46,594 nucleotides of DNA, taken from Thermoplasmata archaeon. Its GTDB lineage: Archaea > Thermoplasmatota > Thermoplasmata > Thermoplasmatales > Thermoplasmataceae. The first letter of the stretch is position 1; each line of letters begins with the position of its first letter. The DNA lies in contig JAKAWY010000003.1 of assembly GCA_021816745.1 (NCBI GenBank), positions 1 to 46,594 on the forward strand, written 5' to 3'. The notes under the pieces are model-generated. The model was given only the letters and a program-made list of their open reading frames with translations, did no database searches and was not told where the DNA came from. This document shows, in pieces, positions 28,162 to 37,363 of the stretch. The translations under genes were made by a program, and so were the position numbers.

Positions 28162-28652
28162 AGATTATCGGGATAGCAGACACCACATTTGCAAGATATG
28201 ACATGGCAAAATCAGTCATGGATGAACTGGGGAAAACTGGTACAGGTTTCAGGACAATTCGTTATACCGTTCCCGGCATCAAAGATCTTCCGGTGGCCTG
28301 CCTGAATCTTTTCCAGAAGGATGCAGATATTGTGATTGCACTGGGGATGCCAGGTCCAAAGCCAGTGGACAAGATTTCTTCTCAGGTAGCCTCCATGGGT
28401 CTGATGGAAGTACAGGTAAAGACTGGAAAGCACATCATTGAAGTGTTTGTGCATGAGGATGAGGCATCAAATGACAGGGAATTATCATGGCTATGTGACA
28501 GGAGGGCCAGGGAGCACGCCTTAAACACATACAACCTGATTTTCAGGCATGAACTGTTAATGGAAAACAGCGGGAAGGGCTTGAGACAGGGATTCAGGGA
28601 TGCAGGGGACACGGAAGGGATAAATGGGGAAAGTAGTGCCAGAAGGCACTGA
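28158..28652 (+). CDS. ribC: archaeal-type riboflavin synthase
   Basis: N-terminus MKIIGIADTTFARYDMA is the conserved start of the lumazine-synthase-like archaeal riboflavin synthases. Confidence 0.85.
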   Translation: MKIIGIADTTFARYDMAKSVMDELGKTGTGFRTIRYTVPGIKDLPVACLNLFQKDADIVIALGMPGPKPVDKISSQVASMGLMEVQVKTGKHIIEVFVHEDEASNDRELSWLCDRRAREHALNTYNLIFRHELLMENSGKGLRQGFRDAGDTEGINGESSARRH

Positions 28653-28654
28653 GG

Positions 28655-29077
28655 GTGAAATATATGAAAATAGGTATTGTAGTATCGGAATACAACTATG
28701 ACATCACTATGATGATGTTGATGAGGGCAAAGGAGCATGCGGAATTTCTGGGAGCGCAGGTTGCAAAGGAAATCAAGGTACCAGGGACCTTTGAGATACC
28801 GCTGGCAGTCTCGAGACTGCTTAAATCAGGCAGCGTGGACGGAGTGGTGACACTTGGTGCAGTCATGCAGGGCGAAACTGATCATGATGACATAATCATG
28901 CAGAATACAGCCAGGAAGATAATGGACATTGGAGTGGCTGAAGGAAAGCCCGTTTCCCTTGGAATATCGGGACCAGGAGAGACCAGGTTGCAGGCAGAGG
29001 CCAGAATTGAGATGGCCAAGGATGCTGTGGAATCTGTTGTTAAAATGATCAAAAGAATGGAGTCAAATGGAATCTGA
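28655..29077 (+). CDS. ribH: 6,7-dimethyl-8-ribityllumazine synthase
   Basis: KIGIVVSEYN and VPGTFEIP (GAFE(I/L)P) motifs. 140 aa. Confidence 0.9.
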   Translation: MKYMKIGIVVSEYNYDITMMMLMRAKEHAEFLGAQVAKEIKVPGTFEIPLAVSRLLKSGSVDGVVTLGAVMQGETDHDDIIMQNTARKIMDIGVAEGKPVSLGISGPGETRLQAEARIEMAKDAVESVVKMIKRMESNGI

Positions 29078-29250
29078 GATTCCATTTTCTTTCACTTAAT
29101 AAAATCAATAAACTTATTGCAAAATCAAAATATATTTTTTAGAAAGGAAAGATATTCGCATTTTCACAAATTCCTGTAATACCCAATTCAGACATTCCAG
29201 TCAGAAATGCAGTAAAATCCTGAAAATCTGTCATAAGTTAGCAATCATAC

Positions 29251-29270
29251 CCTATAAAAGAATATATACA
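29251..29270 (+). promoter_or_regulatory. TATA-box candidate for the 29291 operon
   Basis: CCTATAAAAGAATATATA lies ~30 nt upstream of the ATG at 29291, after a 210-nt AT-rich intergenic region. Confidence 0.35.
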
Positions 29271-29290
29271 CATAAATCATTTAGTAAATC

Positions 29291-29836
29291 ATGGTTGCTG
29301 ACAATTCCCCTGATATCAGGGGTACTGTAGAAGACAACAGGGGATTGCTCAAGAAGATTCAGATTATTGTTCCCGGGTTTTCCGGATACAGGGAAAAGGA
29401 GGATCTCAGGGCTGCTGATGAACTACTCCGTTCACAGGTCTCCGGGATTTTTTCAGAAGTACTATCATCACTTGATTCTATGAGGCAGCAGCTCAGCATC
29501 TGCTTCAAAACTGCAAACCTTATGGCATTGGCCTCCACCATATCAACGCTACAAACCATCCAGGGTGACATACTGCATGCACAGCAGGGTTATTCTGGAA
29601 TATCTCCATCCATCAGAATCAATGATCACAGCCTTGATAAAATCTATGAATTTGACTATGGTTTCGTAAAGTCTGGCAAAGAAATGAAAGATTCAATATC
29701 ATCAGCGGGAGATGCATGTAGCATGGGAGATCAGATCCTGTCAGAACTTCTTTCAAAAATAAGGGTATCAGCAACTCAGTGCAGGAATTCCTGGTCGCAG
29801 AGAATGAATGAAATTGAAAATATAAAGGTGTCATAA
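29291..29836 (+). CDS. hypothetical protein (predicted mostly alpha-helical), first gene of the SPFH/zinc-ribbon module
   Basis: 181-aa ORF ending 2 nt before the next gene. No motif recognised. Confidence 0.45.
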   Translation: MVADNSPDIRGTVEDNRGLLKKIQIIVPGFSGYREKEDLRAADELLRSQVSGIFSEVLSSLDSMRQQLSICFKTANLMALASTISTLQTIQGDILHAQQGYSGISPSIRINDHSLDKIYEFDYGFVKSGKEMKDSISSAGDACSMGDQILSELLSKIRVSATQCRNSWSQRMNEIENIKVS

Positions 29837-29837
29837 T

Positions 29838-31001
29838 ATGTTTGGAAAGAAATCTGAAAAGGTTCCATACAAGGGTGGAAGTGTTGCAGGATCCATAACT
29901 ATTGCATGGGAAACACAGTTCAAGGAAAGCAATGCCATGTGGAAGGTTCCAAGGCTCATCAGGCTTAATGATAACATAGTTGTAAGAGAGGATGAAACAG
30001 CTGTGTTTTTCAGGGACGGAAAAGTACTGACCTACTTCGACAAGCCTGACAGGTATGCACTGACTGATTTCAATGCACCTGTGGTGGGTGGCCTCCTAAA
30101 ATTCTTTACCGGAGTGCAGCAGCAGGCTGAGGTATACTACATCCAGAAAAGGATACTGGATGGGAAATACGGGAGCCAGAGCCCATACCAGTTCATGGAT
30201 CCGACGTTTGGGATCGTAAACTTAAGGGTGTTTGGAGAATTCAGGTGGCAAATTTCAGACCCTGCATTATTCATAAACCAGTTCGTTGGAACATTCAATG
30301 CAGTGGGATCAGGGGATGTGGAGGCAAGGCTTAAGGATCAGATAGTGGTTCTGATTTACAATGTAATAGGAAAAATGAAGGACAACGGGGTGAAGGTCAC
30401 TGACATACCCTCAAACCTTTTGAACATAGAACAGGCCGCTCTTGGACTGGCCCCCCAGAATTTCCAGCAGTACGGCATTACCATTTCTAAATTGCAGGGA
30501 ATAAACATATCACTGCCTGATGAGGTTCAGAAGGCCATCGACACGAGATCAGAAATGTCTGTGCTGGGTGTTAATTATCTCCAGTACCAGGCAGGCCAGG
30601 CCATGGTTGACGCATCAAAGAATCCAGGCGGAATGGCAGGCCTCGGAGCGGGATTGGGAGTAGGCATGGGTGCAGGTGCCGGAATGGGTTACGCCATGTC
30701 TGGCGGAATGGCAGGACAGATGCAGGGCCAGGGGGTAACATGCCCTAAGTGCGGAACCATTGCAACTGCAGGTTCAAGATTCTGCCCTTCATGCGGCAAT
30801 GATCTCAGCAAGCCACAGAATAAACCAGTTCAGCCCATGACAAAGTGCCCTTCATGCGGAACAGATATGCCTGAAGGAACAAAATTCTGCCCCAATTGTG
30901 GTCAGAAGATGGCACAGAATGAGAAGGTAAAGTGCCAGAAGTGCGGAACTGAATCAGCATCTGGCACAAAATTCTGCCCTAACTGCGGAGAAAAATTGTA
31001 G
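29838..31001 (+). CDS. SPFH/Band-7-like (YdjI-type) domain protein with Gly/Met-rich linker and four C-terminal zinc ribbons
   Basis: The N-terminal ~250 aa carry AVFFRDGKV, AEVYYIQK and WQISDPALF, which match my recollection of the Band_7_1 (YdjI-like SPFH) family. Next comes GGMAGLGAGLGVGMGAGAGMGYAMSGGMAGQMQGQG. Then four CPxCG…FCPxCG zinc-ribbon units. Confidence 0.55.
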   Translation: MFGKKSEKVPYKGGSVAGSITIAWETQFKESNAMWKVPRLIRLNDNIVVREDETAVFFRDGKVLTYFDKPDRYALTDFNAPVVGGLLKFFTGVQQQAEVYYIQKRILDGKYGSQSPYQFMDPTFGIVNLRVFGEFRWQISDPALFINQFVGTFNAVGSGDVEARLKDQIVVLIYNVIGKMKDNGVKVTDIPSNLLNIEQAALGLAPQNFQQYGITISKLQGINISLPDEVQKAIDTRSEMSVLGVNYLQYQAGQAMVDASKNPGGMAGLGAGLGVGMGAGAGMGYAMSGGMAGQMQGQGVTCPKCGTIATAGSRFCPSCGNDLSKPQNKPVQPMTKCPSCGTDMPEGTKFCPNCGQKMAQNEKVKCQKCGTESASGTKFCPNCGEKL

Positions 31002-31012
31002 GAGTTGAAAAA

Positions 31013-32026
31013 ATGTATTGTATAAAATGTGGATCGGAAAACCCGGATAACGCAGCGTTCTGTTATAAATGTGGAACAAAGATCGGTAATGTGCAGGCTG
31101 GAACCCAGGGAACAACTTCAACCCAGCCAGGGTCTCAGAGGGAGACCATAGCCAGTTCAGGTGTAACTGAACTTAAATGCCCTGGATGCGGAGCACCAAT
31201 CAAGCCTCAGCAGGGAGAGGCAGTGTTGACATGTGAGTATTGCGGGAAAAGCATCAGCCTGGGGAATTCAGGATGGCAGAATGTTTCAAAGCATTCCATG
31301 CTTTCGCTGCAGATAGATGATTCTGAAAAACTAATCCAGATCATCAAAAGACACATGGATCATGGGCTCATGGAAAGGCATTCCTTCGAGGAATCCAAGG
31401 AGGAAAGCTCTGAACTGTCATATGTTCCATACTGGATTGTACCTGTGAGTTCCAATTCAAGTTACAAGTTCCTTGACATGGGTGCAGAAATTGGCACTCT
31501 GGCCATGGATGCTGCCATCATGGGTGCAGCTGGAGAAATGGGAAGAGGCAGAGGCATGGGCGGAGGAATGATGGACGGTTTCCTCATTGGAGGAGTAATG
31601 GGTGGCGGAATGGGTGGAAACAATGCCATAAGGGGTGCGAGCTATTCACACAACTATGAGTTGCCCGTGGTCTCACTGAAAGGAAGAGAACACCTGCAGC
31701 CCATATCTTATTCCTTCAACCTTGGAGCAAGAAAAGATTTTGACAAATCCAAGATTGTGAACAGCATCAAGGTGCTCAATGGGGACATTGATGAAGATAC
31801 AGCAAGGACTCTGGCAAAAACCTACGCAGACCAGGAACAGGAAAAAGCCATCAGGGCCAGGCACCACCATCTTGAAGCGCTGCAGACACAATCCTCTCCA
31901 GGTACACCCGAACTTCTCCATGTGCCAGTATGGGTTGCCAAATATACTGGAAAAAAGAGATCATTCACTTTTGTAATCGATGGTTCCAACGGTGCCGTGA
32001 TCAAGGCAGATGAGCTGAAACATTAA
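31013..32026 (+). CDS. zinc-ribbon protein with Gly/Met-rich segment, third gene of the module
   Basis: N-terminal CIKCGSENPDNAAFCYKCG and CPGCGAPIKPQQGEAVLTCEYCG zinc ribbons. Internal GEMGRGRGMGGGMMDGFLIGGVMGGGMGGNN low-complexity segment similar to the one in the upstream protein. 337 aa. Confidence 0.5.
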   Translation: MYCIKCGSENPDNAAFCYKCGTKIGNVQAGTQGTTSTQPGSQRETIASSGVTELKCPGCGAPIKPQQGEAVLTCEYCGKSISLGNSGWQNVSKHSMLSLQIDDSEKLIQIIKRHMDHGLMERHSFEESKEESSELSYVPYWIVPVSSNSSYKFLDMGAEIGTLAMDAAIMGAAGEMGRGRGMGGGMMDGFLIGGVMGGGMGGNNAIRGASYSHNYELPVVSLKGREHLQPISYSFNLGARKDFDKSKIVNSIKVLNGDIDEDTARTLAKTYADQEQEKAIRARHHHLEALQTQSSPGTPELLHVPVWVAKYTGKKRSFTFVIDGSNGAVIKADELKH

Positions 32027-32035
32027 TCACTCATC

Positions 32036-32060
32036 CCATTTTTTTCGGAAAGTTTTTTTG
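32036..32060 (+). terminator. oligo-T archaeal terminator candidate
   Basis: Two T7 runs (32039..32045 and 32053..32059) immediately after the stop of the 31013 gene. Confidence 0.4.
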
Positions 32061-32150
32061 CATTTTTAAAAATCATCAATATTTTGTACCGGAATTCCCC
32101 TCATTTTTCATCCTGAATAAGACAGAAATATCTTTACATAAGGAGTTGTA

Positions 32151-33404
32151 TTGTATTTATATATGGCCAGGACTGTAATGAAGATTCCACCTTCACTATG
32201 TCTTAAATGCAGGGGAGGCTCTATGCTTTGTGGTCTATCATACTGTCCCATACAGGTCAAACTCACCATGAAATCAGTATCCACAAAGCTTACCGGCAAT
32301 TCTTTTTCCGGATCTTCCCCGCCTGGAATATTTGTGGGAAGGTATGGATATCCAAATATCAAGCTGTATCCATCTGCCCCTCCTGAGCATGGTGATACCG
32401 GTTCCTACGAGAATCCACATGAATGGCTCAACATGCCCATGGAACAGTTTCTTTCCATGCGTCTTTCCATGGCCAGGGGAAGTGTTTCGGTGAAGGTTTC
32501 CGATGCCGTTTCACCTGACAGATTATACCAGGAAATTCAGGCCATGGCACTGTCGGGAAAATCAGTGGATGTGGAGATGGATTTTGAAAAACAGCTTTCC
32601 GGCGGTGATGCAATTCTTGATGAACATGTACCACCCATGGGGCCATCTGCTCCAATCAAAAAAATTGAAATAGGAAATTCGGCACCTAAGAGGAGTGTGG
32701 ACAGGGTTCACAGCGACACGGACATGAAGGCCATGGATGCCATGGACTATCTCTACAAGTCCGGTATTGATGTTTATGAAATTTCCAAAATACTTAGCGT
32801 AGGAGCCATAGGGGAAGGAAAAGCAAGGAAGGCGGTTCCCACCAGGTGGTCAATCACTGCAGCAGACAAGAATGTCTCTGATCTGCTGGTGGACAAGGTA
32901 AAGGATCTGCCACAGATTGACAAGTATTATGCCTATGTCAGGAAAACACCGGGAAACCTGTTCATGGGAATTCTTGTACCATGGGTATGGATTTATGAGT
33001 GGGGTGAGGCATGGTTCCCGGGAAGCACATGGAATCAGTGGAGCACCGATTCCTTTGTGGAAATAGATCATGAGGATTACAATGGGAGAAAGACATATCC
33101 GGACATAGGTGGTTGTTATTATTCAACCAGGCTCTCCGTGGCTGAGAAATTTCTTGAAATGGGAAGAAGCGGCGGGGCCATAACGTGGAGGGAGATATAT
33201 CCAGGTTTCAACCTGCCAGTGGGTGTATGGTATGTCAGGGAGAACATGAGACAGCTGTTCAACGTTAAACCTGAGGTTTTTGACACACTGGAGGATGCAG
33301 TTGCATATATTACACAATTCATGCTGGTGGATCCTCCCAGGTGGAAAGAGAAATCCTATGTGATTCCTTCCCTGAAATACAACAACCTATGGAGATTCAT
33401 GTGA
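32151..33404 (+). CDS. Nre-family (NreA-like) archaeal DNA repair protein, putative
   Basis: N-terminal Cys cluster CLKCRGGSMLCGLSYCP (C-x2-C-x6-C-x4-C), ~400 aa length and an extreme C-terminal degenerate PIP-like NNLWRFM fit my recollection of the Nre family. The start may be Met5 or Met10. Confidence 0.45.
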   Translation: MYLYMARTVMKIPPSLCLKCRGGSMLCGLSYCPIQVKLTMKSVSTKLTGNSFSGSSPPGIFVGRYGYPNIKLYPSAPPEHGDTGSYENPHEWLNMPMEQFLSMRLSMARGSVSVKVSDAVSPDRLYQEIQAMALSGKSVDVEMDFEKQLSGGDAILDEHVPPMGPSAPIKKIEIGNSAPKRSVDRVHSDTDMKAMDAMDYLYKSGIDVYEISKILSVGAIGEGKARKAVPTRWSITAADKNVSDLLVDKVKDLPQIDKYYAYVRKTPGNLFMGILVPWVWIYEWGEAWFPGSTWNQWSTDSFVEIDHEDYNGRKTYPDIGGCYYSTRLSVAEKFLEMGRSGGAITWREIYPGFNLPVGVWYVRENMRQLFNVKPEVFDTLEDAVAYITQFMLVDPPRWKEKSYVIPSLKYNNLWRFM

Positions 33405-33408
33405 TAAC

Positions 33409-34245
33409 ATGATAATAAGGGAATACACTGCATCCAGTGCCTTAAACAGATCCGGGATGAAGGAGCTTGAATATACACTGAACCCGTATTCAGGATGTTT
33501 TCATGGTTGCGTTTATTGTTATGCCATAGACATGACTTCGAAAAAAGAGGCTGCCGATAACTGGGGTGAGGTAATCTATGTCAAGACGAATCTTCTTGAA
33601 CTTCTAAAAAAGGAGGTCATTGGAAAGAAGAGGGGAATGGTGGGAGTCTCCAGCGTTACAGACCCATACCAGGCAGTGGAATCAAAATACAGGCTGACCA
33701 GGGATGCAGTCTCCATTCTCCTGAAGAATGGATTCCGTGTCACAGTCCAGACAAAATCACCCTTGGTGGCCAGGGATGTGGATTTGTTTTCAAGATACAG
33801 GGAAACATGTGATGTGGGGATGACCATTACCACCATGGACAGTAAAGTGGCACTATCCATGGAACCACATGCACCTTCACCGGTTTCCAGGGGAATGGCT
33901 CTGAAAAAAATGTCTGAATCCGGCGTCAAACTCTGGATATTTGCAGGCCCCATTATCAGGGGAATAAACGACAGCAGGGAAGGAATAGAGAAGATATTCA
34001 ATCTTGCCAGCGAAACCGGTGCAAGAATCATCTATGACACATATGTCCCGTATAAAGGTGCTTCGGAACTCATGTCCAGAACTCTGAACATGGAAGGGAA
34101 GAGCAACACTTACTACACTGATAAAGCATGGCAGGAAAGCATCAGGAACACTTTCCTTGAATTTGGAAGTTCATATAACGTCAGGATAAATTCAGAGTCT
34201 GAAGAGTGGTTAATGGAACTCAGGGAAAATTTCCGCACCTTCTGA
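33409..34245 (+). CDS. radical SAM protein of the SplB/DNA-photolyase-like family (COG1533-like)
   Basis: NPYSGCFHGCVYCYA matches the characteristic SplB-type C-x3-C-x2-C context. 278 aa. Confidence 0.7.
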   Translation: MIIREYTASSALNRSGMKELEYTLNPYSGCFHGCVYCYAIDMTSKKEAADNWGEVIYVKTNLLELLKKEVIGKKRGMVGVSSVTDPYQAVESKYRLTRDAVSILLKNGFRVTVQTKSPLVARDVDLFSRYRETCDVGMTITTMDSKVALSMEPHAPSPVSRGMALKKMSESGVKLWIFAGPIIRGINDSREGIEKIFNLASETGARIIYDTYVPYKGASELMSRTLNMEGKSNTYYTDKAWQESIRNTFLEFGSSYNVRINSESEEWLMELRENFRTF

Positions 34246-34298
34246 AATTTATGGATTAAATTGCAAAAAGGATTTAATCTCATATCTGATCAATAAGC

Positions 34299-35624
34299 AT
34301 GTCTATTGAAACTTTCAATCCTTATGATGGAAAAAGGCTTGCAACATACAAGGAAGATGGAGAAGAAGCTATAAAAAATATTTTCAGCTTAGTCAGGGGA
34401 GAACAGGTACAATGGAAAAGAAGCATAGATGACAGAATCAATTATATCCTGAAGGAGGTCGTGCCAAGATTCAGGAAGGAAAAAGAGAACCTGGCCCACA
34501 TAATGTCCAGTGAGATGGGAAAACCCATATCTCAGAGCAAAGCAGAAATCGACAAGTGCATCTCCGCCATGGAATACTTCTGCCATGAGGGAAAGAAACT
34601 CCTTTCAGACAGGTACGTGGAAACTGAGGCAAAGGAAAGTTTTGTGCGTTTCGAGCCCCTTGGAGTGATCTTTCTGGTCATGCCGTGGAATTTCCCTCTA
34701 TGGCAAGCCATGAGGGCTGCAATACCCGCCATGATTGCTGGAAATGGCATTGTACTGAAACATGCATCCATTGTGACGGGAAGTGCAGTTAAGGTGGAGG
34801 AGATTTTCGGATCGCCTCTTTTCAGGGTCATAAAAGTTCCAGGTGAGGGCGCACTTAAGGCCATTAAATATTCAGATGGTGTTTCATTCACAGGATCGGA
34901 AAAGGCTGGTGCAGCCATATCTGCCGAAGCGGGAAGGAATGTCAAAAAAACAGTTCTCGAGCTGGGAGGATCAGACCCCTTCATCGTACTGGAAGATGCC
35001 GATCTCGAAGGGACAGCAAAACAGGCCACATTTGCAAGGCTCCAGAATAACGGGCAGAGCTGCATTGCCTCAAAGAGATTCATTGTGAGCAGGAAGATAT
35101 CCGATCAGTTCCTGGAACTGATGGAGGAAAATTTCTCAAGCGTGAGGATCGGTGATCAGCTGGATCATAAAACGTACCTTGGGCCTCTTTCATCCAATTC
35201 CCAGGCAGCGACAGTCCGCAAACAGATACAGGAACTCTCCGGGATTGGAAAGGTGGAGTCTCTTGGAGAGAACAGTGGTAATATTGTTCCACCTACCATT
35301 GTACTCACCGATAAGCTTTACGCCGAAGAGGTGTTCGGGCCTGTGGCAATTTTTAAAACATTCAACACACTGGAGGAAGCGGCATCCCTGGCCAATGAGA
35401 CCAGCTTCGGGCTTGGAGCATCAGTATGGGGTTCACACGAAAGTGCATCTAAAATCATTCCTGAAATACAGTCCGGCATGATTTTTGTTAACAAGATGGT
35501 GGCATCTGATCAGAGGCTGCCATTCGGTGGCATCAAAAAGAGTGGATATGGCAGGGAACTCTCATCCTTCGGATTGCTGGAATTCACCAATATCAGGACA
35601 GTATGGATACAGGATCACCCCTGA
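34299..35624 (+). CDS. NAD(P)-dependent aldehyde dehydrogenase
   Basis: ALDH motifs FPLWQAMRA…AGNGIVLKHAS, LELGGSDP, catalytic Cys in GQSCIASKR, and EEVFGPV. 441 aa. Confidence 0.85.
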   Translation: MSIETFNPYDGKRLATYKEDGEEAIKNIFSLVRGEQVQWKRSIDDRINYILKEVVPRFRKEKENLAHIMSSEMGKPISQSKAEIDKCISAMEYFCHEGKKLLSDRYVETEAKESFVRFEPLGVIFLVMPWNFPLWQAMRAAIPAMIAGNGIVLKHASIVTGSAVKVEEIFGSPLFRVIKVPGEGALKAIKYSDGVSFTGSEKAGAAISAEAGRNVKKTVLELGGSDPFIVLEDADLEGTAKQATFARLQNNGQSCIASKRFIVSRKISDQFLELMEENFSSVRIGDQLDHKTYLGPLSSNSQAATVRKQIQELSGIGKVESLGENSGNIVPPTIVLTDKLYAEEVFGPVAIFKTFNTLEEAASLANETSFGLGASVWGSHESASKIIPEIQSGMIFVNKMVASDQRLPFGGIKKSGYGRELSSFGLLEFTNIRTVWIQDHP

Positions 35625-35680
35625 TTCAAAATCCGGTTAAAATTCAGTTAATATTTTTAGCATATAACTCATATTGATAT

Positions 35681-37270
35681 ATGAAAGGCAGTGATCTCTT
35701 TGCCAAGGCACTGAAACATGAAAGTGTCAGGCATATATTCGGCATTCCGGGGGAGGAGAACATTGATCTTCTTGACTCCATATCACAAACAGACATCAAT
35801 TTTATTTTGACAAGGCATGAGCAGGGCGCAGCTTTTATGGCCGATGCGTATGCCAGGGTCAGCAAGAAACCCGGTGTATGTCTATCCACCCTTGGGCCCG
35901 GGGCCACAAATCTTCTGACAGGGGTTGCCAATGCACATCTTGATCGTGTTCCTCTGGTGGCTATTACAGCACAGGCCCCACGTGACAGGATCCACAAGGA
36001 ATCTCACCAGAATGTTGACACCATTGAGTTATTTTCAGGTGTAACCAAATACAACAGGGCAGTGATTGTGGGGGAAAGCATTCCTGAAATTGTCAGAAAG
36101 GCATTCAGTTCAGCCATGAAGGATCAGCCTGGTGCAGCCCATATTCAGCTTCCTGAGGATATTGCAAGAAATCAGGTTGTGGAGCAGTTAATGGTTCCCA
36201 TACCTGAAGAGGCAATTTATGAGGCCAGTGGAAAAGTGATCAGCAGCGCAGCAGAACTGGTTAACAGCGCGAAGCTTCCAGTTATTCTTGCCGGTAATGG
36301 TGTAATTCGATCATCTTCATGGAACAAACTCAGGAAATTTGCAGAAAAAACAGGGATACCTGTTGTCAACACATTCATGTCAAAGGGAATGCTCCCATAT
36401 GATCATCCACTGAATCTTTTCACCATTGGCGGCAGGCCTTTTCCCATGGAGCTAAGGCCGCTTATCCACTCAGATCTCGTGATAGCAGTGGGCTTTGACA
36501 TTGTGGAATATGATCCTGTTATCTGGAATGTGGATTCCAGCAGGAAAGTCATAAACATAAGTTCCACCATGGCAGAAATGGATGAGCACTTCCCTGTGGC
36601 ATTTGATCTGGTGGGGAATATCGGTATAACTCTGGATCTTTTAATGAAGAAGGTGAATAAGAGGGCAATGCCTGAGGAATTCACAGGTATAAGGGAAAGA
36701 AGGAAACAGTTCCTGGAATCTCCCGGAAAAGGCCAGGAAAAGATTCCAAAGGAGATATTGAAAATACTGTCCAGTGAAAACAGGCAGAACACCCTGGTCA
36801 TATCTGATGTGGGCCTTCATAAGATCTGGGTGGGAAGATATTACCACCCAAATTTCCCGGACAGAACCATAATCTACAACGGTTTTGCATCCATGGGTGG
36901 AGCATTGCCCGGTTCTGTTGGTGCTTTAATGGCCAATCCAGGCCTTGATGTCATTTCAATCAATGGAGATGGAGGGTTCCTTATGAACGTTCAGGAACTT
37001 GAGACGGCTCACAGGCTTGGTTTGTCTTTTACCGCCATCGTGTTCAACGACAGGGCATACAGCCTTATTGAAAAGCACCAGATCGATGCAGGCCTTCCAA
37101 CCGCCCATGTTCATTTCACCAATCCTGATTTCAGCTTGCTGGCTAAAAGTTTTCACTGTGATCATCACCTGGTCCAGGACGGGAAAGACTTTGGCAGGGC
37201 GTTGAAAGAATCCAGGAAGGCCAGCGGTATTGACATCATTGAGGTAGTCATACCTGATATGCAGGATTAG
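35681..37270 (+). CDS. thiamine-diphosphate-dependent enzyme (acetolactate synthase/benzoylformate decarboxylase family)
   Basis: N-terminal Pyr domain IFGIPGEENIDLLDS…TRHEQGAAFMADAYARV and ThDP-binding GDGGFLMNVQELETA…NN motif. 529 aa, three-domain layout. Confidence 0.8.
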   Translation: MKGSDLFAKALKHESVRHIFGIPGEENIDLLDSISQTDINFILTRHEQGAAFMADAYARVSKKPGVCLSTLGPGATNLLTGVANAHLDRVPLVAITAQAPRDRIHKESHQNVDTIELFSGVTKYNRAVIVGESIPEIVRKAFSSAMKDQPGAAHIQLPEDIARNQVVEQLMVPIPEEAIYEASGKVISSAAELVNSAKLPVILAGNGVIRSSSWNKLRKFAEKTGIPVVNTFMSKGMLPYDHPLNLFTIGGRPFPMELRPLIHSDLVIAVGFDIVEYDPVIWNVDSSRKVINISSTMAEMDEHFPVAFDLVGNIGITLDLLMKKVNKRAMPEEFTGIRERRKQFLESPGKGQEKIPKEILKILSSENRQNTLVISDVGLHKIWVGRYYHPNFPDRTIIYNGFASMGGALPGSVGALMANPGLDVISINGDGGFLMNVQELETAHRLGLSFTAIVFNDRAYSLIEKHQIDAGLPTAHVHFTNPDFSLLAKSFHCDHHLVQDGKDFGRALKESRKASGIDIIEVVIPDMQD

Positions 37271-37363
37271 ACACCGTGAATTTGATCAAACATGGATGTG
37301 AACATTGTTAGCAGGAATTGGTACGAATAATTTTTAATATATCCTGAAACTGAAGACAACTCC

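Noticed and set aside
28212-28738. Minus-strand ORFs (80 and 118 aa) antisense to ribC/ribH
   Set aside because: His/Cys/Pro-rich nonsense frames opposite strongly supported riboflavin genes.
34389-35292. Antisense and alternative-frame ORFs across the aldehyde dehydrogenase gene (up to 183 aa)
   Set aside because: The ALDH frame has the full set of catalytic motifs. The others are composition artefacts.
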